NCBI GenBank assembly: GCA_951406725.2
Contig: OX597833.1
Coordinates: 14,694,001 to 14,758,000, forward strand
Length of the DNA: 64,000 bases
Origin: Octopus vulgaris
Taxonomy: Eukaryota
Reading direction: 5' to 3'
In this document: positions 53,562 to 64,000 of the stretch, piece after piece
How positions within the stretch are numbered: position 1 is the first letter of the stretch
How the letters are laid out: every line of letters starts with the position of its first letter
The notes under the pieces: generated by a model
Told to the model about the DNA's origin: nothing
Database searches by the model: none
What the model saw: the letters and a program-made list of their open reading frames with translations, nothing else
Made by a program: the position numbers and the translations under genes

Positions 53562-54318
53562 GCACATGGCACTAAATTAATATCGGCCAGCTCTGTTTCC
53601 TAAGAGGCAATGGATGCAGTCTTCCATTAAAAGCGTAAAATCGTATAAGACCTTCAATTTGAGTTTAATAAAAGTACTTTGTTCATGCTGATGATAGAAA
53701 CACAGCTCTTATTAGAAATACCAAAGAAAAGCGATATGACAAATGGCCGGAAAGAGTAGGAACCATACAGCCAATTCATTCAACGAATGAGGTTGTTATA
53801 AGTGAAGAATGATGTCTGGGGTTGTCAGATGGATTTGAATTAACATGTAAGGGAAAAGTGGTATGTTCACGAGCCAAAATGTAGTTATGAAGAATCGTGA
53901 TTACAGGATTTTATAGAATTTCTCTACAAAGAATAATTAAATAGTTTAGGCAGGCAACGATGCTAGTTACAATTGTGCAGAAAAGTAATAGGGTGCAGCG
54001 TAAGATTCGTGCCTTTGCAATGTCATAGAATGGATATCTGGGATGGAGAAACCTGAGAAATAACAAGACTTCACCAGAGATGTTATGAGGTTGCGTACCA
54101 CTCTTGTGTACATTGTGGATTAATTAGTACCCTGCGAAAATACACAGTCTACGGAGAGAATGAAATTGAGATAAGTATCGTTCACAGAATACAATATTCA
54201 AAATGCAATTTTCAATTCTATGCCATCGAGAAATATTGAATTCATGCTCTGCTGCCTCTTGCGCAGTTGCATAAATAACTTGCTACGTTTTCATTAGCAC
54301 CAATATATTACAATAGAG

Positions 54319-54672
54319 AAGGCGGCGAACTGGCAGACACGTTAGCGCGCCGGGCGAAATCCTTTGCGGTATTTCGTCTGTCGTTACGTTCTGAGTTCAA
54401 ATTCCGCCGAGGTCGACTTTGCTCTTCATTTTTTGGGGTCGGTTAAATAAGTACCAGTTACGCACTGGGGTCGATATAATAGACTTAATCCGTTTGTCTG
54501 TCCTTGTTTGTCCCCTCTGTGTTTAGCCCCTTGTGGGTAGTAAAGAAATAGGTGTTTCGTCTTTCTTACGTTCTGAGTTCAAATTCCGCCGAGGTCGACT
54601 TTGCCTTTCATCCTTTCGGGGTTGATAAATAAAGTACCAGTTACGCACTGGGGTCGATATAATCGACTTAAT
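54319..54672 (+). mobile_element. SINE family B dimer
   Basis: One head plus two bodies. Confidence 0.85.
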
Positions 54673-54689
54673 CGGTGACACTTCCTCAT

Positions 54690-54910
54690 TCCTCAGGTTG
54701 AGCCTCTCCTGGTCCTGCGCTGCCAGTATAGTGTTCCTGGTCTCTTTTTTTAGGGTTTCTTTCATCAGCAATTCCCACATATTTTTTCTAGCATCTTCGG
54801 TTGTGTCTACATGGTGTAGGCCCTTCTTGCGTCATTTTTCTTCAAATATTTTTCGTACTTTTCTTTTGTTATCCGTTTTGTCACTGGTCTCAATACTCCC
54901 TGGCTCCTAA
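54690..54910 (-). pseudogene. Dong/R4-like remnant
   Basis: WELL..TLKKETRNTILAAQDQ. Confidence 0.55.
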
Positions 54911-55091
54911 CTGTCACTAGCAATGTTTCCTTATTTTATTGACTCTGAAAGGATGAAAGGCAATGTGGGACTCGGCAGTATTTTAATTCAGACAGAAAAT
55001 GACGGACGAAAAGCCGCTAAGAATTTTGCTCGTTGTGCTAACAATTCACTCAGCTCGTCACTTTAGTAAAGTATAATAGTAACCAGTAATG

Positions 55092-55325
55092 AAGGCGGCG
55101 AGCTGGCAGAAACGTTAGCACGCCGAGCAAAATGCGTAGCCGTATTTCGTCTGTCGTTACGTTGTGAGTTCAAATTGCGCCGAGGTCGACTTTGCCTTTC
55201 ATACTTTCGGGGTCGATAAATAAAAGTACCAGTTTCGTACTGGGGTCGATGTAAACGACTTAATCCGTTTGTTTGTCCTTGTTTGTCCCCTCTGTGTTTA
55301 GCCCCTTGTGGGTAGTAAAGAAATA
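55092..55325 (+). mobile_element. SINE family B, full length
   Basis: Matches consensus. Confidence 0.88.
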
Positions 55326-56290
55326 TATAATAGTAACCAGTGGCCTAGAAGCTTGCCAGAATGCAGTTCTGCAAACAATTTATCTACTTTGAAGAGCCAC
55401 CAGAATAGACGCAGTAGAGCTGATGTTTCTCACGATCTATATATCGTGACCCTGCCATCAAAAGGGCTTAGTAATGTTATGCTGTTGCAGCCGAACGTAA
55501 TCCCATGGTTCTTAGTTTGATTTGGCATTCTTCTTGTAAGGTGCTGATCTGTCGTTTACTTTCTTCTTACCATAAAAACAAAATTTGCAGTAGAGCGCAG
55601 CACAACACGAAAACAACCGATAATTACAACAGACCAAACGTTGAATATTACATGTAAATATGTTTTTCCTAATATTTAGCTACACACTCTATACATTTAT
55701 CTGGTCATAGGAAAACGAAAGCGAAAGCGAATTTTGTTTCATTTCTCTATATCTTCATAATACTTCCCTGGCACCTTTCTTCATTTTTTCTATATTCTGC
55801 TATGTAATCTGGCATCGCTGTTTCAGCGATCAATAATTGATCCTTTCGTTTCAGATATGCAATCATGTAAATGTCCAACACGTTTTTGTAATATGGGTTT
55901 TCTGTATGTGTTTTAACTGTTCACATTTTCCAAAGAAGTGCATTTGTTATAGGCGTGCAATTCCTGTCAGTTTAGTATATGATATTTATCTATGTATTTT
56001 TTGCATCATCTACAAACGTCGTTGTATCACGCATGTATCATTTATAAAACGTAATCGAATTGTTCCAGAAAACTTTCTGAAGAATAACAAACGTCTTTCT
56101 TTTTCGTTGTATAATGGATTGTGTCATTGTATTCATACTACCATATAAAGTATGTATGAACCGCAGAGAACAGAATGATAATGGAATCTTTGGAGGAACT
56201 AGCACCAAAATATGCCTCATAGAGAGAAAGGATTTCAATAATACATAATACATAAATTCCTCCCTTCATACATAAACATACTCACATATG

Positions 56291-56332
<42 letters not shown>

Positions 56333-56613
56333 AACACACACATATACATACTCATATATGGGTACAGGACGTCACCAACTGTGTAAACAACGTAAAATAC
56401 GAAAGCAAAGGAGCTAAATAGGAAAATAACGAAAGGAAATATGGAAAACAGGACAAGTAAACACAGAGAACCACCCTTCACCAGTTGTCTCCTCTCTTCG
56501 CTTCTTTGCTCCACACGGACTCAACTCCCTCTCTCTCTTCATCTGACGCCCTTGTTCTCCTTTCTTCATCTGACGCATACTTACTTTCTTCACACCTACC
56601 GACCTCTCCTCTC

Positions 56614-56667
<54 letters not shown>

Positions 56668-56671
<4 letters not shown>

Positions 56672-56935
56672 GAAATTTACAGAAAAGCAAAAGGCAAACG
56701 TAGGTGTATTAACCAGAAGCAGGTGTATTAGTTTGGCGCTCGGGGAGGTGAGACAGTCTTTAACGTTTCGAGCCTGAGCTCTTCAACAGAAACGGATACG
56801 AGGTAATAAACAGAGAGAGAATAAAAGCTCTTGCAGTTAGCGGTCAAGCATGGTGACTGGTTGAACAAAGGTAGTTAGACAGGAGAGATAAGAGGAAGGG
56901 GAGATAATGAAGTGCTGGTGATCCTAAAATAAAAG
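56668..56935 (-). mobile_element. Penelope-type terminal repeat with hammerhead-like motif (56758-56792)
   Basis: TTT CTGTTGA AGAGC TCAG GCTC GAAAC GTT AAAG; homologous to 16783-17060. Confidence 0.65.
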
Positions 56936-57030
56936 TGTGCGTGTGTGTGTATGTAAGAGTGTGTGTGTGCGTGTGGATGTATATATATATATATATGATA
57001 TGATATGTGGCAATTATTCGGTAGCCATGA

Positions 57031-57088
57031 TAAACTCCGAGTTTCAGATGTCGGGGAGGAAACCCTAGCGGGCATCTCTTCAGCTAAC
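57031..57088 (-). ncRNA. Hammerhead-like motif
   Basis: CTGAAGA GATG..CATC T GAAAC TCGGA GTT; weak helix I. Confidence 0.45.
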
Positions 57089-57169
57089 GTTTATGTATGC
57101 GTGGAGAGATACAGGCCGGAAGAGGGAGAGAGAGTAATTTTACGTGTCTGTTTATCAGACAGGGAGGGA

Positions 57170-57216
<47 letters not shown>

Positions 57217-57286
57217 CGAGAGTGAGGGAGACATATACACAGACGAGGAAGGATTAAGGAACGCAACTTGATTTCAAATAACTGCA

Positions 57287-57526
57287 GTGCATAATTAGTG
57301 CCCTGTTTTTCAATAAATCTTATTCAACATAACCAATAACAATATTTAAGAAAAACATTTTCAAATGATGGTCTGATCGTCTGCCAAGCAAATGGGAAGC
57401 AGTCATTAAAGTAGATGGTGAATACGCTCAGGAATAATCATTTAAACATGCTTTTGTTACATGTTATTATTGTATCTGTTGAATAAAATTTGCTGAGAAA
57501 GGCCGCAATAATTATACACCAACCCA
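57287..57526 (+). mobile_element. Mariner-derived miniature element
   Basis: DRLPSKWEAVIKVDGEY C-terminal motif between imperfect TIRs (GTGCATAATTA..TTATTCAACA / TGTTGAATAA..TAATTATACAC). Confidence 0.6.
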
Positions 57527-57799
57527 AAAGAATCATTCAAAGTTAAAACTAGATACGATAGAATGTTTTGTTAGCTTAGCTTATATGCTACATGCTGACG
57601 ATTGACTATTAAGGTTGGTAATAAAAGTAAAATCCAAAAGAGATATATGCATTAAATATTGAAAAAACCCAAAAGAACGCCAAATTCGTAGTCATTAAAA
57701 TGGATGTAATTGGATACAAACGGCAAAGAATATTAAACTGAGGCAATGGTTTAGATATGAACGAAAGAGAAAGTGAACGCGAACGCGTGTATTAGATAT

Positions 57800-58043
57800 G
57801 TATAATATGTGTGTATATATATATATATGTATACATATGTATATATATGTATACATATGTATACATATATATACATATTCACAGGCACGCAGGATTTATA
57901 TATGTATATACATATATGTATATTTATACATGTATTCATATATAGATAGACACACAAACTTATATTCATGCATGAGTGTGTGTGTGAATATACTTGTGTA
58001 TATATCTATATATACATACATATATATACACATATATGTATGC

Positions 58044-58075
<32 letters not shown>

Positions 58076-58115
58076 ATATATATATATATATGTGTATATA
58101 TATATATATATATAT

Positions 58116-58169
<54 letters not shown>

Positions 58170-58242
58170 TATATATACATATAAATGTATATATATATGC
58201 ACATATGCTTAATATATATATAAACAAGCGTATGTATACACA

Positions 58243-58278
<36 letters not shown>

Positions 58279-58355
58279 TACATATACATAAATATATTGT
58301 TATATACTTATAGAAACGCATAGAAGTATTATATGTATGCATGTGTATGTGTACT

Positions 58356-58404
<49 letters not shown>

Positions 58405-58413
58405 CATACATAC

Positions 58414-58444
<31 letters not shown>

Positions 58445-58460
58445 CACACATACATACATA
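57800..58460. repeat. Degenerate TA/CATA microsatellite field
   Basis: Directly visible. Confidence 0.9.
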
Positions 58461-58935
58461 CAAGCACATGTACATAATCATATACGGCTTCGTATATGTA
58501 AGCATGGGAAGAAGCTAAATACCTCTTTTGTCAAAATTCTTTCTTTTAACAAATGTCATCGTTGTTTTAACATCTTTACTTTTCTTTCATTTTCCACTCG
58601 TTTTGTGGTTCGTATTCTTTCTTTCTTCCGAAGCAATCTTCACTTTTCCTTATTCCTGACGTCTTTTTGAAACTCTAATTAGATTATTTAGTCTACTAGA
58701 ATGCAATTTTCGAGAAGCCTCAAACATCTTTGGAATTATAATGCTCCTTCCTATGCATTTAAGATGGTATTAGTTTGCTACGACATGGGAAATGTATAGA
58801 ATACACATAGGGTTAGACACTATTTGCTATGAAAGCACAATTCATAAGTTTAACGGAGTAGCGAGAGCTGGGCGTGTTGATTTAATCAGTCAGTACGCTT
58901 ATCGCGAAATACAGAGTTTGTGAGTTCGATTTATA

Positions 58936-59624
58936 TCTCTTTTACCCCTTTACTTGTTTCAGTCATTTGACTGCGGCCATGCTGGAGCACCGCCTTTAGT
59001 CGAGCAAATCGACCCCGGGACTTATTCTTTGTAAGCCCGGTACTGATTCCATCGGTCTCTTTTGCGGAACCGCTAAGTGACGGGGACGTAAACACACCAG
59101 CATCGGTTGTCAAGCAATGCTAGGGGGACAAACACACACACACAAACACACACACATACAGACACACACATATATATATATACATATATACGACGGGCTT
59201 CTTTCAGTTTCTGTCTACCAAATCCACTCACAAGGCATTGGTCGGCCCGGGGCTATAGCAGAAGACACTTGCCCAAGATGAATCCGGAACCATGTGGTTG
59301 GTTAGCAAGCTACTTACCACACAGCCACTCCTGTGAACTATTACGCATTTTTTCCCCGCAAGGACTCTTTAAATACTCCCAATATTAGAACGTTTAAATC
59401 TTCGTAGTTTTCGTCACTCTTTTACTATCTTTTACTCTTTTATTTGTTTCAGTCATTTGACAGCGGTCATGCTGGAGCACCGCCTTTAGTTGAAGAAATC
59501 GACCCCAGGACTTATTCTTTGTAGGCCTAGTACTTACTATATCGGTCTCTCTTGCCGAACCGCTAAGTTACGGGGACGTAAACACACCAGCAATGGTTGT
59601 CAAGCGATGTTGGGGACAAACACA

Positions 59625-59676
<52 letters not shown>

Positions 59677-59755
59677 CATACATACATATATATATATACG
59701 ACGGGCTTCCTTCAGTTTCCGTCTACCAAATCCACTCCCAAGGCTTTGTAGGCCC
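58936..59755 (-). mobile_element. Two SINE family A copies (58936-59332, 59416-59755)
   Basis: Reverse complement of consensus. Confidence 0.85.
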
Positions 59756-59946
59756 GAAATTCTATATACATACATATATACATATATATACATATATATA
59801 AACATTTTTATGAACGCACACACAAGCATATGTGCATATGCACAGACACGAGTGTTTGCATATATATATATATATATATATATATACGTATATAGATATA
59901 CACCACATATACACAGCCAAACCTCACATACACACATACATGCACT

Positions 59947-60000
<54 letters not shown>

Positions 60001-60186
60001 TACATATATAAATCAGAGTAACTTACTATAAACATTATTATTATGATTGAAATATAAATTATCCCCCGAAAGAGGCATCTCAGTTTTTCAAATATATGTA
60101 TGGATTTACATATTATGTATGTTTGCATGTATGTATGTATGTATGTATGTATGTATGTGCATATGTATGTATATATATATATATAT

Positions 60187-60261
<75 letters not shown>

Positions 60262-60924
60262 ACACATATGCGCGCGTGCACGTATATATATGTAGAACAC
60301 GTAATTTAACGAAGAATTCTGCTTTCATGCTTACACATACCCGGCGAAATTAATCGATACAAAACGGAATAAATGTTGTTCGAAATATGTCAGATTTTTC
60401 GTGTTACTGTCAGATGGGACCAAACGATATATTTCAAACTTCAAAATGCAGAGCAAGCAAATTCGTTGGAAACTCTGGATGTCCATCTCAAGCAAATATC
60501 GTTTGACAGATGGAGTAATTTTCACACAAAACTTCTATGATGCCATGTTTGACATGGTCGCATGCAGATACATCATCAGACACAAGGATACACCACAAGT
60601 TTTTTTATAAATAAATAAAAGAATACCTTATGTGAATAAACGAATAATATAAGAAATATCAGATAAGCAAATTTCGCTATATCATAACGCACTATAAATT
60701 TCAAAAGTTAAACGGAAAGACATGTATACATATTATATACATACACAAATACATAGTTACAAGCATACATACAGACAGAGAGACATATATACGCATGTCA
60801 ATGTGTGCGTATATATTTTAATAATTACTGTTATTTTTTATACATTATATATATAAATATATAAAGCATAATATGTTATACATGTATGCATATTGTTATA
60901 AATTTTTAAAAATAAATAGACATA

Positions 60925-61357
60925 GGCGCAGGAGTGGCTGTGTGGTAAGTAGCTTGCTAACCAACCACATTGTTCCGGGTTCAGTCCCACTGCGTGGCAT
61001 CTTGGACAAGTGTCTTCTGCTATAGCCCCGGGCCGACCAATGCCTTGTGAGTGGATTTGGTAGACAGAAACTGAAAGAAGCCTGTCGTATATATGTATAT
61101 ATATATTTATATAAGTGTGTGTGTATCTGTTTGTGTGTCTGTGTTTGTCCCCCTAGCATTGCTTGACAACCGATGCTGGTGTGTTTACGTCCCCGTCACT
61201 TAGCGGTTCGGCAAAAGAGACCGATAGAATAAGTACTGGGCTTACAAAGAATAAGTCCCGGGGTCGATTTGCTCGACTAAAGGCGGTACTCCAGCATGGC
61301 CGCAGTCAAATGACTGAAACAAGTAAAAGAGTAAAAGAGCAAGTAAAGAGTAAAGAG
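60925..61357 (+). mobile_element. SINE family A, full length
   Basis: Matches consensus. Confidence 0.9.
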
Positions 61358-61878
61358 TATAATATAATGCCTGAAAGTTGATGAATACCATCCCTCATCC
61401 CCGCCATTTACTTATTGCTGTATAAGAATCTGTAGTTTATTATCAGGGAGAGAATTATATTGTCAATAATAATAAAGGGTAAAATTAATTAATTAGTAAT
61501 TAATAATTTTACCAAGCTGTGTTCAATATGTAAAAGGACCATTTACGGTAACTCAAATCAGATGGGTATGTTCGATTATTAGTGCTCTCAAATTTAAATT
61601 TAATGAAATCCTTGTGCTAATGACGGGAATGTTAGAATAGGGATGTATTTCTAGCATCTCTATATCTGACTAACCCAGAAACGCGTTCACAAGTAATCTA
61701 ATTTTCGAGTGAACTTTCGTTATATTTCCCTCTATGCCTGCGTGAATTATTTTTGAGTATACATTGTCTGGGAGACTCTGCTTATAGTTGAGGAAATAGC
61801 TAAATTCTTTGGCTGCTATTTCTAAAAGTTCGATATGTGGTAAAGCAATTTTATTTGCTGAACCCTAATTATATAAAG

Positions 61879-61947
<69 letters not shown>

Positions 61948-62702
61948 TATGACAGTCTTCTTTCAGTTTCCCCCTATGATTCTCAAGGCTTTTGTTGGCC
62001 CCGACTAAAACAGAAGACACTTATCCAGCGAACCAAGCAGCGGGACTGAACCAGAACCATGAGTTTGGGAACCAAACGTTTCACCTAATAGCCACGGCTG
62101 CGCCTGTTCATGATTTCTTTATAATTCTTTCGTAAATATCCGTGCAATTTGGCTGGCTTCTTACTTTGACTTAAAAATCTTTCATAAGAGAACACAGTGT
62201 GGCTTCTCTTTACTTTCATTGTAGCTGTGTATAGATCTAGCTACATTTATTTACCATACATAAAAGTTATCCGTTTTCAAATTTGAGTCAATAATTATTT
62301 TTCTTTTAATGCTTTTGAATTTTTACTCGTTCAAATTGCTGTAATTTTTCGTTTGAATGTGTTTCGAAGACTTTACCTACAACTCTATAATTACGAAATG
62401 ATGACATGGTCGAATATATAAAGAATTTTTTCTCTGGTATAATTAATAAGGTTATGTAGAAAATAATTCACAAATAGACGTGCTTTCATAAATATGTCGC
62501 ATTCAAATGTAATCCTTTAAACTAAAACCTGTCAAAGAACTAAATCTCGCATTTACAGGCGGTCATTTACTTTACAACCATAGGCAGTTAATTTCCTGTT
62601 GATCATGCACTCGATCGAACAACATATACGGCATGCACAGCATGGTATTTATAACCACAGTTTCGGATTTTGCTGTACCATTAATGTATTCTTTGGGTAT
62701 TA

Positions 62703-63090
62703 GGCGCAGGAGTGGCTATGTGGTAAGTAGCTCGCTTACCGACCACGTGGTTCCGGGTTCAGTCCCACTGCGCGGCACTTTGGGCAAGTGTCTTCTACTA
62801 TAGCCCCGGGCCGACCAAAGCCTTGTGAGTGGATTTGGTAGATGGAAACTGAAAGAAGCCCGTCGCATATATGTATCTGTTTGTGTGTGTATGTTTGTGT
62901 GTGTCTGTGGTTGTCCCTCCAACATCACTTGACAACCGATACTGGTGTGTTTACGTCCACGTAACTTAGTGGTTCGGCAAAAAAACCGATAAAATAAGTA
63001 CTAGGCTTATAAAGAATAAGTCCTTGGGTCGATTTGCTCGACTAAAGGCGGTGCTCCAGCATGGCCGCAGTCAAATGATTGAAACAATTA
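62703..63090 (+). mobile_element. SINE family A, full length
   Basis: Matches consensus. Confidence 0.9.
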
Positions 63091-63674
63091 AAGGACTATT
63101 ATAGACCATAAATCAAACACTCATGCAATCGCTATATATTTCAGATGCTTCTATCGTATCTGATCTTGTTGAAGTCAATCCTGTACTGGACAGTTATAAT
63201 GTTCCCGCGTCATCGTCATTAACTCGTGTCTGAGTATTAAATCTATAGTGAGAGCGTGAGCCCCTTCATATTGATGTATGTGGAGAGGAGCGGTCCCTGA
63301 GGTGACTGATCTGGCCAAAGGCGGTATAGAAGAGCCGGGGGGTATTTCTCTTACGTTAGGATTTACGGGTGAGGAGATTTTACCATTTTTCCTAACACGC
63401 CTGTTACTGCTCCAATGACAATGATTTGTTTAACAGCGAATTTTGAAATGACATGGTAACTTTTCAATTTTTCATATTTTGAAGGTTTTTCTTAAATGGG
63501 CCTTGGAAAGATATCTTATACATAAATTTATCAGCTGCAAATATCCAGTTGAATTTGTAGTATCGTTTGTCATTTATATGTTCAGTCAACTGATTGCGAC
63601 CAGGATGGGACATCGCCTCGAAGTGTTTTAGTCGAATGAATCGACTCTCGGGTTTACTTTTTTTAAAAGCCAAT

Positions 63675-63769
63675 TTCTTATTCTATCGGTTTCTTTTGCC
63701 GAACTGGTGAGTTACGGATACGCAAATACACCAATACCATTTGTCAAGCAGTGATTAGGAGACAAATAT

Positions 63770-63838
<69 letters not shown>

Positions 63839-63946
63839 TACATGACGTGGTTCTGTCCAGTTTCTCCCTACCAAATCCACGTGGAAATGAACCTGGAACC
63901 TTGTGGTTGGGAAGCAAGCTTCTTACCGCACAGATACCCCTGCGCC
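63675..63946 (-). mobile_element. SINE family A, diverged
   Basis: Degenerate head and body. Confidence 0.65.
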
Positions 63947-64000
63947 TATGAATATGCGTATGACAAGTCCATCCTAATACCAGTTGTCAAGCGGTAGGCG

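Noticed and set aside
55700-56250. Degenerate Cys/His-containing minus-strand coding-like remnant (also 63180-63520)
   Set aside because: Many stops and no motif I can assign with confidence; would need a tBLASTx search against Repbase.
57751-60353. Numerous YIYI/HTHT/CVCV ORFs here and throughout the window
   Set aside because: Translations of dinucleotide and tetranucleotide microsatellites.

Overview
AT-rich, microsatellite-saturated eukaryotic non-coding DNA. The SINE families and repeat landscape best fit a coleoid cephalopod (Octopus-like); this is inferred from recognised repeats, not from a database search. I find no convincing host protein-coding exon. Almost all ORFs in the track are microsatellite or SINE artefacts; the only intact coding stretch is a 5'-truncated CR1-clade reverse transcriptase (51533-52897). 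The window holds three tRNA-derived SINE families (>30 copies), modular non-autonomous Helitron-like elements, a Penelope GIY-YIG remnant, Tx1-like, Dong/R4-like and CR1-group LINE ends, mariner and piggyBac fragments, and a triplicated cassette with large GGT VNTRs (5.8-10.6 kb). The most notable signal is about ten type I hammerhead-ribozyme motifs read by eye. These include a complete retrozyme-like insertion (351-nt structured monomer, 80-bp terminal redundancy, 12-14-bp TSD) at 29552-29982, a relative with a compensatory U3-A8 core at 41.25 kb, and a fully canonical hammerhead at 36021-36116. Two SINE-LINE 3'-tail partnerships are also visible within the window. Coordinates of diverged repeats are approximate.
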